Part shown: positions 9,968 through 19,114 of the stretch, one piece after another
Layout: each line of letters begins with the position of its first letter
Position numbering within the stretch: position 1 is the stretch's first letter
NCBI GenBank assembly: GCA_030523245.1
Contig: JAUNIW010000001.1
Span: 18,971 to 82,970 of the forward strand
DNA from: Pseudomonadota bacterium
GTDB taxonomy: Bacteria; Pseudomonadota; Alphaproteobacteria; RF32; CAG-239
DNA: 64,000 bases
Reading direction: 5' to 3'
The notes under the pieces: model-generated
What the model was told of the DNA's origin: nothing
What the model saw: the letters and a program-made list of their open reading frames with translations, nothing else
Database searches by the model: none
Translations under genes and position numbers: made by a program

Positions 9968-10718
9968 TTTCGTCCTCCATTGTTTCAATTACCAAGACGC
10001 GGTTACCTTTATAGAATGTTGCGACCGGAGCAGGTCTTGCTCTGGCAAAAGCGCGTACAAGTGCAGATGCCACATCGGCAAAGTTTCCTCTGAACATTGC
10101 GCCGGCGTTCAGAGTGTAATTTCTGTTGGTTTTCCAAATCAGTCTCCAGCCGGATTCTTCACTCCAGGCTGTCAGAAGTTCTTTCAAACTCTGTCCTTCT
10201 TCTGCCAGCCAGTCTTTATTTTGGTCTTCCTCTTCCGACTGATTGCTGCCGCTTTGTTCATTGTTCTGTTCAGACAAAACGATATCTGTTTCCACGACAG
10301 TACCTGCCGGAGCAGAACCGGCGGTAAGAGATCCGGCCGGAACCGGAGATGAAGAACCGTCACGGCTCAAGACTTCAGCTTCATAATCAACCACTTCATC
10401 ATCTATGCTTGGCGGAACTGCGGCAGAAAGGTTATTTCCGACACCGGCTTGCGTAATACGATGATCTCTAGGCGTACGCTCGCCATATTTGCGGAAATCG
10501 GCCTGTGTTCTGGTATAATTAACATTTCCGAGCGGTTCTGCAGCATCTTCACAGACACTGAAACCGTCCGGTGTTTCCGTACAGACTTCGCGATATTCCT
10601 GCTCACTGGTGCAAATGCCGTTAACGCATTCTTCTTCCACATAACTTTTTTTGCCCACGCAGCCGCTCAGCATGAGGAGGCTCAGGCATAAACTCAGCAG
10701 TGTAAGTTTATTTTTCAT
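9954..10718 (-). CDS. PilL-like lipoprotein with TcpQ-like C-terminal domain
   Basis: The ATG at 10718 gives MKNKLTLLSLCLSLLMLSGC, a classic lipobox. The C-terminus WLAEEGQSLKELLTAWSEESGWRLIWKTNRNYTLNAGAMFRGNFADVASALVRAF matches the PilL/TcpQ-type domain pattern. The gene lies directly upstream of the secretin. Confidence 0.55.
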   Translation of the reverse strand: MKNKLTLLSLCLSLLMLSGCVGKKSYVEEECVNGICTSEQEYREVCTETPDGFSVCEDAAEPLGNVNYTRTQADFRKYGERTPRDHRITQAGVGNNLSAAVPPSIDDEVVDYEAEVLSRDGSSSPVPAGSLTAGSAPAGTVVETDIVLSEQNNEQSGSNQSEEEDQNKDWLAEEGQSLKELLTAWSEESGWRLIWKTNRNYTLNAGAMFRGNFADVASALVRAFARARPAPVATFYKGNRVLVIETMEDENAYD

Positions 10719-10791
10719 AATATTTCTTTCAAAGTTGTATCTCATCGTATTTTCCTATAATACAGGTTGAAATTAAAATAGCAAGCAGAAG

Positions 10792-12453
10792 TTAATACCA
10801 AGGGTTATAAGCCTTTTTACGGTTTTTTTCCGCGTCAGCTTCGCTGGCATATCTCACATTCCTAATAATAAAAGAGTTTGGCTCCCTATCAGTAAAAATT
10901 ATGTTAATTTTATTGTAATCAACACCATTATTTATCAAAATAGAATATAAAAGGTTAAGGCGCTTTTGCTGCAATTCAAAAGAGCTGGAACCGTCTATTC
11001 TGATTTCAATAAAAACATCGTCATTATTAACAGAGTTCAATGAAAAGGCCTTGAGCCATTCCAAAGTCTGTCCGGATATCTCAGCCCGATTAGGCTGAAA
11101 AGACAGTTTTAATTCCGAAGGCGCAATTTCTTTTTTTACGCCCAGTCCCAACAGTTTGCCAAAAGCGGATTGGGTTGAATCTTCGGATTTATCACTTTCG
11201 GCAGCGGTATTTTCGGCAGCCGTATCTTTCGGGGAAGGGGATGATGAAAACCATGCGGCGATGCTGTCAGTGAGGCTCGGAGCCGTCTTCTGCTGGGTTA
11301 CCGGCGTTTGCTGAACAGGTGTTTCTTCATCTTTTTTCTTTGGTGCATCCGCATTTTCGGTGTTTGTTATATTCTCTGTCGGTTCGACAGCCAACGTGCC
11401 TTGTTTTTTTAGTTTCTCGCTTAATTTTTTGTTTTCTTCCGAATAAGAGAGTTGCGGTGTCAGATTTTCATCATTGGCAATATCTTCCGGAATCGGGATT
11501 AAAATGTTTTTAACCATTTTATAAGCAACATGTTGCTCGTTGTCGGATTTTGCCGCCGTAAATTTATCTCTGTTCAATGCTTCAACCTCATCGAGATTAT
11601 CGGCTGCAAAGTTTTTCAGTTTGTTTTTTGTGATATGATTATTGCCGACGGCGGCGACATTCCACGGACTGTCTTCTTCAGCCGGATTGGAAGCGGCTGC
11701 TGCAGATATTGAATTTTCCTGAGCCGGTCCGGTACTGTTCAGTGCTGTTTTGTCGGTTGTTCCCAGATTTTGGATTAAAACATTATCAGACGCCAAAGCC
11801 ACCTGACTGGCGGAGGCTTCATGAGAAACTTCAATATTCTGCGGTGTATGTGCAAAGTTGTGCTGAAGCGGGATAGTAAAAGGCTTGGCTTCAGAAGCAT
11901 CGGCTATTTGTAATGGTTCACCGGTATCAATGTCGGCAATTTCTGCCGGCGTATCGTCAAGGACGGTATTGTCGGCCGTTATGGCGTCCGGATGATTTTC
12001 CGTGGCCGCTGTTGGCTGGCTGTTTTGAGTGTCTGAATCTTCATCCGGTGCGTATAAAACAGCATCCTCGTTTTCAATAACGGTGTCAGCAAAAGTGTCG
12101 GAGACAGGAATATCTTTATGCTTTTCTGCCCAAGATTTGTCGTCTGTGATTTTTAAGTCAGCCGATGCTGTTTGGATTTCAGGCTGCTCAGGTTCCGCTG
12201 CCGCCGTCTGCGGCTGGGCGGAAAGAGAAATATTCTGATTAAGTTCTTCAAATTTCTGGACAATCGGATTAGGTTCTTCACTATTGGCAAAAAGGTCGAT
12301 ATTTCGAGGTTCTATATTGTCAAAGGCGGAAACAGTTTCGGTTTTATCTTCTTCTGCAGGCAGCAAAAGAAGATAAATCTTTGTGGAAGCAAATACTGCC
12401 GTCAAAGAAAAAAGAAAACTTCCAATAAAACATTTCCAACCAAATCTTGGCAT
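10792..12453 (-). CDS. membrane-anchored acidic protein with OmpA/MotB-like C-terminal domain (first gene of pilus operon)
   Basis: The likely start is ATG 12453 (MPRFGWKCFIGSFLFSLTAVFAS TM anchor); GTG 12504 is an alternative. About 400 aa are Asp/Glu/Thr/Ala/Pro-rich and disordered. The last ~100 aa (LSFQPNRAEISGQTLEWLKAF...IEIRIDGSSSFELQQKRLNLLYSILINNGVDYNKINIIF) follow the OmpA_C topology pattern, but the peptidoglycan-binding residues look degenerate. Confidence 0.35.
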   Translation of the reverse strand: MPRFGWKCFIGSFLFSLTAVFASTKIYLLLLPAEEDKTETVSAFDNIEPRNIDLFANSEEPNPIVQKFEELNQNISLSAQPQTAAAEPEQPEIQTASADLKITDDKSWAEKHKDIPVSDTFADTVIENEDAVLYAPDEDSDTQNSQPTAATENHPDAITADNTVLDDTPAEIADIDTGEPLQIADASEAKPFTIPLQHNFAHTPQNIEVSHEASASQVALASDNVLIQNLGTTDKTALNSTGPAQENSISAAAASNPAEEDSPWNVAAVGNNHITKNKLKNFAADNLDEVEALNRDKFTAAKSDNEQHVAYKMVKNILIPIPEDIANDENLTPQLSYSEENKKLSEKLKKQGTLAVEPTENITNTENADAPKKKDEETPVQQTPVTQQKTAPSLTDSIAAWFSSSPSPKDTAAENTAAESDKSEDSTQSAFGKLLGLGVKKEIAPSELKLSFQPNRAEISGQTLEWLKAFSLNSVNNDDVFIEIRIDGSSSFELQQKRLNLLYSILINNGVDYNKINIIFTDREPNSFIIRNVRYASEADAEKNRKKAYNPWY

Positions 12454-12801
12454 TTTCAAACCCTTAAATGCAGATTCCGGCGCAGGATACAGCGCACGGG
12501 ACACCCGTCTTAGGGGCAGAATACACCTGATTGTGTTAAAATAGAGTTAATGTAAAAAATGAAAAATAAAATCGTAAAATCAAGCCGCCGCCGCATATTT
12601 ATGTTATCAAATTATTTACTTTTCTATGTTAAAAATAAAACCGTTAAAACAATTTGTATGAATGCAGATAAATGTGAAATTTTTGTTACAGGAACTTTTA
12701 TATAATAAAAACAAAGTGTTGTCTAAATATAAAAAAGCTGGAAAATTTTGCAAAAATGCGTTAATATAAAATTGTATAAATTCGACTTAAGGAGAAAAGA
12801 A

Positions 12802-13137
12802 ATGAAATTTTTGAAATCAAATATCCTCAGTATCCTGACAATGACATTTTTATTTGTTCTGGTTCTGACGGATTGCGCCTCTGCTTCTGTATTTGATACG
12901 GCAGTAAAAAAATTAGGTGATTTGTTTAGAAACAGTAAAATGGTCATCTTTGTTATCGGTGGTTTCGGTTTGATTGCACTGGCTTTCCAGGCTATTTTCG
13001 GTAAAGTTAAATGGGCCTGGTTTGCAGCCTTGGCTTTCGGTCTGGCTGTTGTAGCCGCTGCCGGTGCTATTGTGAATTACGCTTCACAAGATGCGGCAAC
13101 CGGAGGAAACTATAACTTCAGCGATACTCTGCAGTAA
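12802..13137 (+). CDS. virB2: VirB2/TrbC-family T4SS pilin, paralog 1
   Basis: The ATG at 12802 follows AAGGAG. 111 aa with a signal peptide (..LTDCASA) and two hydrophobic helices separated by a basic loop (IFVIGGFGLIALAFQAIFGKVKWAWFAALAFGLAVVAAAGAIV). It lies upstream of virB3-virB4. Confidence 0.65.
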   Translation: MKFLKSNILSILTMTFLFVLVLTDCASASVFDTAVKKLGDLFRNSKMVIFVIGGFGLIALAFQAIFGKVKWAWFAALAFGLAVVAAAGAIVNYASQDAATGGNYNFSDTLQ

Positions 13138-13205
13138 GCTGTCTGATTTGTATGCTGCCGGTATTTTCCCGGCAGCATACAATAATCAAAATAGGGAGAA
13201 AGACA

Positions 13206-13517
13206 ATGTGTATGAAAATATTAAAACTTTTGTATAACAATAAACAAGTATTGGCTTTGTTTCTTTTAGTATTTTTATACACATCTGATGCGTATGCCGT
13301 GTTTGAAGAATTGAATAAAGCAGGAGAAAGTATCTTTTCCGGTTTGAAAAGTATTGTTATACCGGCAGGTCTTATCGGTATGACCTGCTGCTGTATTGCC
13401 GGAATGTTTGGTAATTTTAACTGGAAATGGTTTGCGGCAATTGCCTTGGGCATGTTCGTGATGTATGCAATTGGTTCCGGTTCTGATTCGTTAAATGCGT
13501 TATCCGGAAGTCAATAG
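13206..13517 (+). CDS. virB2: VirB2/TrbC-family T4SS pilin, paralog 2
   Basis: The ATG at 13206 follows GGGAGA. 103 aa with the same architecture (signal ..SDAYA, then IPAGLIGMTCCCIAGMFGNFNWKWFAAIALGMFVMYAIG). Confidence 0.6.
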   Translation: MCMKILKLLYNNKQVLALFLLVFLYTSDAYAVFEELNKAGESIFSGLKSIVIPAGLIGMTCCCIAGMFGNFNWKWFAAIALGMFVMYAIGSGSDSLNALSGSQ

Positions 13518-13529
13518 GGGAGAAACAAG

Positions 13530-13913
13530 ATGAATAAAAACATTCTTAAACTTTTCTTACTGATGGTGGCTGTTGTCTGGTTTTATCCGGCTATGGCATC
13601 AGCAGCAGACACAGCTGTTTTTGATAAGCTGTCCAATAAAGGATACTTTATTGCCAATGGTCTGATAAAAAACGGTTATATTATTGCCGGTGTTGCCTTG
13701 ATTGCCTTTTCTTTTGCTGCCGTTTTTGGTAAAATCCAGTGGAAAACACTTGGGTATATCATGATGTGTTGTTTCTTTCTGTCAGCTCTTACGGCAATTG
13801 CCACTTATGTGACCGGTTCAACCGTGACAATGGAGGGACACTTGGTTGCAAACGGAGCCGGCGGTGATAATTCTATACCGGGAAATACACAGGGGGTCAA
13901 CATTAAAAAGTAA
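13530..13913 (+). CDS. virB2: VirB2/TrbC-family T4SS pilin, paralog 3 (longer C-terminal tail)
   Basis: GGGGAG SD. 127 aa with signal ..AMASA, then IIAGVALIAFSFAAVFGKIQWKTLGYIMMCCFFLSALTAIATYV. A ~35-aa C-terminal tail is absent from paralogs 1 and 2. Confidence 0.6.
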   Translation: MNKNILKLFLLMVAVVWFYPAMASAADTAVFDKLSNKGYFIANGLIKNGYIIAGVALIAFSFAAVFGKIQWKTLGYIMMCCFFLSALTAIATYVTGSTVTMEGHLVANGAGGDNSIPGNTQGVNIKK

Positions 13914-13953
13914 CAGTCACTTTCTAATACAGGGTAAATTTAAGAGTAAATAA

Positions 13954-14379
13954 ATGAAATTATTATCTGTTTTGACATTATTTTTGTTCATTGTGTATCC
14001 GCTGCAGGCTGCAGAGGTGGGTGATGCTCAGGCAACGCCTGGCGAGCAGACCACAAATCTTTACCGGCTCAATGCCGGTTCGGCCGTTCAATTAAAAAAA
14101 CTCCGGCAGCTGGATAAAATTCTGTCAAAAAATCCGAATTTGGTCATTACAAATAATGAGGATATTTCCGATTTACTCAGCAATAAAAAACAGGTCAACA
14201 TGGATGAGCAAAAACAACTTGCCCAGCTGCAACAGGAAACTGTCAAACGAACGGCTCAAAAGAGAAATCTGATTGTCAGTAACTCAAAAAGCTACCAGCA
14301 AATTAACAGTATTTTGGCATCTTCCGTGCGTGATACGGAAAAAATTGTTGCCCTGAAACAAAAAATGGGGAGGAGATAA
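13954..14379 (+). CDS. secreted helical protein, unknown function (T4SS operon)
   Basis: 141 aa with signal peptide MKLLSVLTLFLFIVYPLQA. The remainder is Gln/Lys-rich and helical. Its stop overlaps the virB3 ATG (TAATG), implying translational coupling. Confidence 0.55.
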   Translation: MKLLSVLTLFLFIVYPLQAAEVGDAQATPGEQTTNLYRLNAGSAVQLKKLRQLDKILSKNPNLVITNNEDISDLLSNKKQVNMDEQKQLAQLQQETVKRTAQKRNLIVSNSKSYQQINSILASSVRDTEKIVALKQKMGRR

Positions 14380-14669
14380 TGCGTGAAGAAATCTTAAAAG
14401 CTGTTGCGCAGCCACCGAAATTTTTGTTTGCACCGATGGTGCCGTCCATCATCAATCTTGGCGTGCAGTTTCCGATGTTATTTATGGGAATTGGTGTGGC
14501 TGATGCCAACCCGCTGCTTTTTGTTACAAGTATCCTGATTGTCCATGCTGCTTTGGTTTATGCAGGATTTAAGGAGCCGCATTTATCAACAATGCTTCAG
14601 GCCTACGGACAGACTAATAAAATTTCACACAATTTATATGAAGTGCAGGGAAATAAGTTTGAACCATGA
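14379..14669 (+). CDS. virB3: VirB3-family T4SS protein
   Basis: 96 aa with two hydrophobic segments and a KEPHLSTML motif like the VirB3 k-DP motif. It overlaps virB4 by ATGA. Confidence 0.7.
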   Translation: MREEILKAVAQPPKFLFAPMVPSIINLGVQFPMLFMGIGVADANPLLFVTSILIVHAALVYAGFKEPHLSTMLQAYGQTNKISHNLYEVQGNKFEP

Positions 14670-17095
14670 ATAATTATGATTTTATGAGCATATTTGTCGA
14701 AGGGTTGAGCAGTGCGCAGGTCATTGTCGCCCTTATCGGTATTGCATCGGCAGCATCTTTTGCCGTGTTGTTATCAACGCGTTTTGGCCGCATGGTTTTA
14801 CCGCAACCGCGTGAGTCCAGAGTTTCTGACTTTTTACCTTTTGCCAAATTGATGTCTGACGGTGTGACAATTCAGTGCAGCAACAATTCTTATGCACGGG
14901 TATTCCGGCTGGAGGGTGTGGATTTAGCCTCAGCCACCGGTGAAAAAATTTATTCGATGATGGAAGCGCGCAAGTCATGGATTGACGATATGGCGAATAT
15001 GCAGATTGTCTGTCGGGTAATCACCATGCGCGAACGGATATCTTTGGAAACAGAAAAGCGGGATTTCCATAATCAGCTGCTGGATACTATTTCGCAGTTG
15101 TGGTTTCAGAATATGAACCGTATTTACAGCAACAAGCACTATATAATAATGTCTGTTATTGACCGGAAAGATGCCCTGAAAGATTTGAACTATGCCTCAC
15201 AAAGTTTGATTTCGACAATGGGCGAGTATGGTGTCAGCCCGATGTACGAAACGGCGGACAGTAAGGCATCGGATAGTCCGTTTTATGTGTTCTCACGTAT
15301 CTGCAGTCCTATTTCCAAACCGGAACCGAAAGTCCGGAATACCGAAGGAGCAAGACTGTGTGAAATGCTAACCGCCGACCATATTCATTTTACCAAAGAA
15401 GAAGGGATTATTCACTTTTTTTCCGGAGAAAAGAATTTATACGAAATTGCCATGGGTATACGCGTCAGCGGCGAGGCTATGGATGAAAGCATGATATACT
15501 CGCTGAACGCCATAGACTGTGAACTTATTATTTTACAAAATATCCGGCCGCTGTTTCGTTCGGAAGGCCGGCTTTTACTGGTTCAACAACAACGTATGTC
15601 AAGGGTAACCAGTTTTTCCGAAAATGTGGCGGAACAATACAGCGAAGCTTTGGCAGCTATTGATGATAGTGATAATAATTACCAGTCTCTGTGTGAATAT
15701 GCCATGACGATTATCATCAAAGGCGAAAGCAAGGAGGAAATTAACTTTGGCGAGTCCGAAGTACAAAGAATATGCCGTGCCTTTGGTGTGACGCCGGTGC
15801 GTGAGGGCTGGGTAACACAGGCCGTATTCTTTACCCAGTTTCCGACGTATGATACGTATCCGAGAACCTACCGCTATTTATCCCGTGTTATTGCCATGGC
15901 AACAACTTTGGACAAGCCGTCCGAAGGATTCAGTAAAAGCGACTGGGGTAACGGTGCCATTACGGTTTTCCGTACCATGTCCGGTTCGGCCTACCGTTTT
16001 CAATTCCATGTTTCAAGTGAAGATTCCGCTGTGGCACACTGCTGCATCATCGGTCCGACCGGTCAAGGTAAAACAACGCTGTTAACGTTTTTGGCCGGAC
16101 AAGCTATGCGACACGGGGATTTACGTGTTTTCTTCTTTGACCGCCATTTGGGTGCGCAAATTTTCACAAGGGCAGTAAAAGGAGCCTACATCGGTTTTGA
16201 CGGTGATGAAAAGAACGTGTCGTTGAACCCGTTTGACTGTGCTAATACGGCAGAAAACAGGGCATTTTTACGCCGCTGGCTGAAGGCTATTACCAAAGTG
16301 GACGATGCGTTGGCGGAGCGGGAAGTTGCCCGTGCCATTACAACGGCTTTTGATTATCTGCGTCCGGAAGAGCGTTTGTTGGTTAATCTTTATAAAAGTT
16401 GTTTTTCGCCGACCGGTAATATGCGGCGCGAATTGTACCGCTGGGTAAACATGGATCAATACGGTGCAATTTTTAACGGACAGAACGACAGCCTGGACTT
16501 GAAGAGCCGCCGCTTTATGGCTTTTGACTTTACGCACATTTTTGAAGATGAAGATCTGGCGCCGGCCGTCATCAGCTATATTATGCACCGGATTCAGTCT
16601 GAAACAGGTGAAACCGGCGTTCCGTCACTGATTATGATTGATGAAACGGCGCCGATGCTGAAACACCCGATGTTCCGTGACTACTTTATTATCGGTCTGC
16701 AGGAAGGACGTAAAAAACGTCAGGCCTATCTTTGTGCATTCCAACAGCCGAATATTGTGGATAAACTGGGGGTTGGCGAAGTTATTCGAGGTCAGTGTCA
16801 GACAGTTATCTTTTTCCGCAATCCGCAGGCGCAAATGGAAGATTACGCGAACTGGAATCTGACACAAAGTGAATTGGATTTCATTTTCGGTAAAAGCTAC
16901 CGAGATTTTCCGTATGCCATTTTATTATCACGGCCGGTAACGGGTGAGTCGGTAATCTTGGATGTAAATTTAGGCGGATTAGGCAAATATTTACGGATTT
17001 ATAATTCCGGACGAAAGAACGTTTTGTTGGTTCAGCAGCTTATTCAGGAATACGGAGAAGACGGATTTGTTACAAAATATTTAAATATTGCCTAG
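14666..17095 (+). CDS. virB4: VirB4-family T4SS ATPase
   Basis: 809 aa. N-terminal TM, Walker A GPTGQGKTTLL, Walker B SLIMIDETAPM. Size and position after virB3 fit VirB4. Confidence 0.9.
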   Translation: MNNYDFMSIFVEGLSSAQVIVALIGIASAASFAVLLSTRFGRMVLPQPRESRVSDFLPFAKLMSDGVTIQCSNNSYARVFRLEGVDLASATGEKIYSMMEARKSWIDDMANMQIVCRVITMRERISLETEKRDFHNQLLDTISQLWFQNMNRIYSNKHYIIMSVIDRKDALKDLNYASQSLISTMGEYGVSPMYETADSKASDSPFYVFSRICSPISKPEPKVRNTEGARLCEMLTADHIHFTKEEGIIHFFSGEKNLYEIAMGIRVSGEAMDESMIYSLNAIDCELIILQNIRPLFRSEGRLLLVQQQRMSRVTSFSENVAEQYSEALAAIDDSDNNYQSLCEYAMTIIIKGESKEEINFGESEVQRICRAFGVTPVREGWVTQAVFFTQFPTYDTYPRTYRYLSRVIAMATTLDKPSEGFSKSDWGNGAITVFRTMSGSAYRFQFHVSSEDSAVAHCCIIGPTGQGKTTLLTFLAGQAMRHGDLRVFFFDRHLGAQIFTRAVKGAYIGFDGDEKNVSLNPFDCANTAENRAFLRRWLKAITKVDDALAEREVARAITTAFDYLRPEERLLVNLYKSCFSPTGNMRRELYRWVNMDQYGAIFNGQNDSLDLKSRRFMAFDFTHIFEDEDLAPAVISYIMHRIQSETGETGVPSLIMIDETAPMLKHPMFRDYFIIGLQEGRKKRQAYLCAFQQPNIVDKLGVGEVIRGQCQTVIFFRNPQAQMEDYANWNLTQSELDFIFGKSYRDFPYAILLSRPVTGESVILDVNLGGLGKYLRIYNSGRKNVLLVQQLIQEYGEDGFVTKYLNIA

Positions 17096-17180
17096 GTTTT
17101 TAAAAAAGTATTCACTTTATAAAAAAAATAAGGTATTTTTAAAATAAAGAAATTTCTAAGGTTTTGCAAAGGAGGCCGCA

Positions 17181-18056
17181 ATGGAAAAAATCAAGTCAAA
17201 GTTAATTTTATGGGGATTGGCAGGCCTTATTGCAATTTGCAGCGGAACCTCGTGTTATGCAGCAATTCCGTTGCCGACAGTAGACTGGAAAAGATTGTCT
17301 CAGTCTGCCAAAACAGTCGCTTCGCAGGCATCTCTTGTTCAAAAAGAAATACAAGAAAATCTTTATATTATTCAACAAATTCAAAACGGCGGCTATGCGG
17401 CCGCTGCCGGTGCTTTGTTTGGTAAAATCGAAAACGATGATTACGACCGTTACGGAAAAATCTGGGCAGATTCAAAAGACGCTATAAATGACGGTGCGCA
17501 GGCAGCCGGAATGAATGCTCAAGAAAAAAGTAAGAAAAAGGAAGAAAATAAAAAGAAGGCTCAAAAAGAAGGGGAAGAAATTGCGAAACAGGATGCAGAA
17601 GCTAAAGATGCAGCCGATAAAACGCATGAAAAAAATACAAATACCCTGAAAAGTCTGTATAATTGGACCAAGAAACACGGTCGTTCGGCATCTTCCGCAG
17701 TGTTTGGAACTATTAGTGCGGTTGAGGACGGCGGCGGACTGGTTAAGGTCGGTTCTGGTATATATAATGCCGGAAAAGGCTTGGGTAAAGAACTGTCTGA
17801 TGAACATAAGGCAAAGAAAGAAGCCGAAGAAAATGCTAAAAAGAAAACAGATCAGACTCAGGCTCAGACTCAGACCGATACCGGAGCAGCTCAGACGGAA
17901 TTAGAAAAAGCCAAGGCAGAGGCTGAACAGGCCAGAAAAGAATTAGAAAAGGCCAAGGCCGAAGCCGAACAATCCAAAAAAGAACTGCAGCAGCTCAAAG
18001 ATGAGTTGGAGCAACTAAAAAAACAGCTGAATAATAAGAGCGGAACAACCAATTAA
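17181..18056 (+). CDS. VirB5/TrbJ-like secreted coiled-coil protein
   Basis: 291 aa with a signal peptide ending CYA. The mature start AIPLPTVDWKRLSQSAKTVASQASLVQKEIQENL resembles the IPV-D...Q start of VirB5/TrbJ proteins. The remainder is Lys/Glu-rich coiled coil. The position after virB4 fits. Confidence 0.4.
   Translation: MEKIKSKLILWGLAGLIAICSGTSCYAAIPLPTVDWKRLSQSAKTVASQASLVQKEIQENLYIIQQIQNGGYAAAAGALFGKIENDDYDRYGKIWADSKDAINDGAQAAGMNAQEKSKKKEENKKKAQKEGEEIAKQDAEAKDAADKTHEKNTNTLKSLYNWTKKHGRSASSAVFGTISAVEDGGGLVKVGSGIYNAGKGLGKELSDEHKAKKEAEENAKKKTDQTQAQTQTDTGAAQTELEKAKAEAEQARKELEKAKAEAEQSKKELQQLKDELEQLKKQLNNKSGTTN
17898..17981 (+). repeat. 42-bp coding tandem repeat x2 (ELEKAKAEAEQ-RK/ELEKAKAEAEQ-KK)
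   Basis: gaattagaaaaagccaaggcagaggctgaacaggccagaaaa is followed directly by gaattagaaaaggccaaggccgaagccgaacaatccaaaaaa. Confidence 0.8.
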
Positions 18057-18069
18057 AAGGAGCAGGACA

Positions 18070-19008
18070 ATGAATTTTCAATCTAATAATATTCTTAAAT
18101 GCGCGGTGCTTGCTTCTTTGCTGACGGTTTATGCCGCTTGTCCGGTCAGGGCAGCTGATTCAGAGAAGTCGACAGGCGGAGCATCTTCCTCCGGAAAAAT
18201 ATACACGGGGGTCTATAACGGCCGGCAGATTATTCCGAATACAATGGCAATTTATTGTAAAACCAATGCCGAGGATATGCTTCAGGATACGAAAAAGTTA
18301 TCTGATTGTATAAATTTACTTATTAAAAACCTTAAAAGTTCGGATGCTTCGACTCGGCAGGAAGCTCAGGCGGATTACGGATTGATTCGCTATGAAGAGT
18401 TGTCAACAATGATGGCCCAATCCATCGCTAAAGGAGCGGCAATTGCCAACTATGAAGAAGTTCAGAATTCTGTAGGTGATGCCGTGAGCCAAACTCAGAC
18501 CGAGCATGAAGATAATGTGGCTGCAGCAAATGCCCTCAGTATTTCTACCGATGTGATAAACTCCATGCGCGATTTGTATGCGGAACGATTGAAATATGAA
18601 GCTGTTTTGGGAATAGAAACAGTTGATATTTCAGCTATAGCAGATGTGTCCGATTCAGAAAATGTTTTAGAGAATAAGAGTTCTTCCAAGACATCTTCAG
18701 AAGGTACGGGAAAAGAAGGCTCGGGAGAAAAAGGTTCGAAAGAAGAAGGTGAAAACGGTACATCGGAAGGTGTTAAATCTTCGGATACGGCAGAGATGTG
18801 TTCAAAAGACGGGTTGAACAAAATTACAACGCATACGGTTATCTCTTCTGCCGACGGTATCGGTAAATGTTCGGATGGAAAGAATACAGCAGCTTGTCCG
18901 GATGGTCTCTATGAATCAAACGGTACCGGTTATATTGTCTGCAGAGGCGGAAATTGTATCAGCTGTCTGGATGAAGTCGTCGTCGAAGGGACCGGAAAAG
19001 GAAATTAG
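18070..19008 (+). CDS. secreted protein, helical N-domain and Cys-rich C-terminus, unknown function
   Basis: 312 aa with signal ..CPVRA, a helical middle, a Ser/Glu/Gly/Lys low-complexity tract, and a C-terminal ~70 aa with 7 Cys. The gene is tightly spaced in the T4SS operon. Confidence 0.55.
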   Translation: MNFQSNNILKCAVLASLLTVYAACPVRAADSEKSTGGASSSGKIYTGVYNGRQIIPNTMAIYCKTNAEDMLQDTKKLSDCINLLIKNLKSSDASTRQEAQADYGLIRYEELSTMMAQSIAKGAAIANYEEVQNSVGDAVSQTQTEHEDNVAAANALSISTDVINSMRDLYAERLKYEAVLGIETVDISAIADVSDSENVLENKSSSKTSSEGTGKEGSGEKGSKEEGENGTSEGVKSSDTAEMCSKDGLNKITTHTVISSADGIGKCSDGKNTAACPDGLYESNGTGYIVCRGGNCISCLDEVVVEGTGKGN

Positions 19009-19114
19009 AAAGCTAAAAGGCGGAAAATTTCGGCAGATAAGTTTTACCGCATATAAATGATGAACAAAGAATAAAACATTACTGAATTATAAAAGAATCA
19101 TGAGGAGAAAGGAA

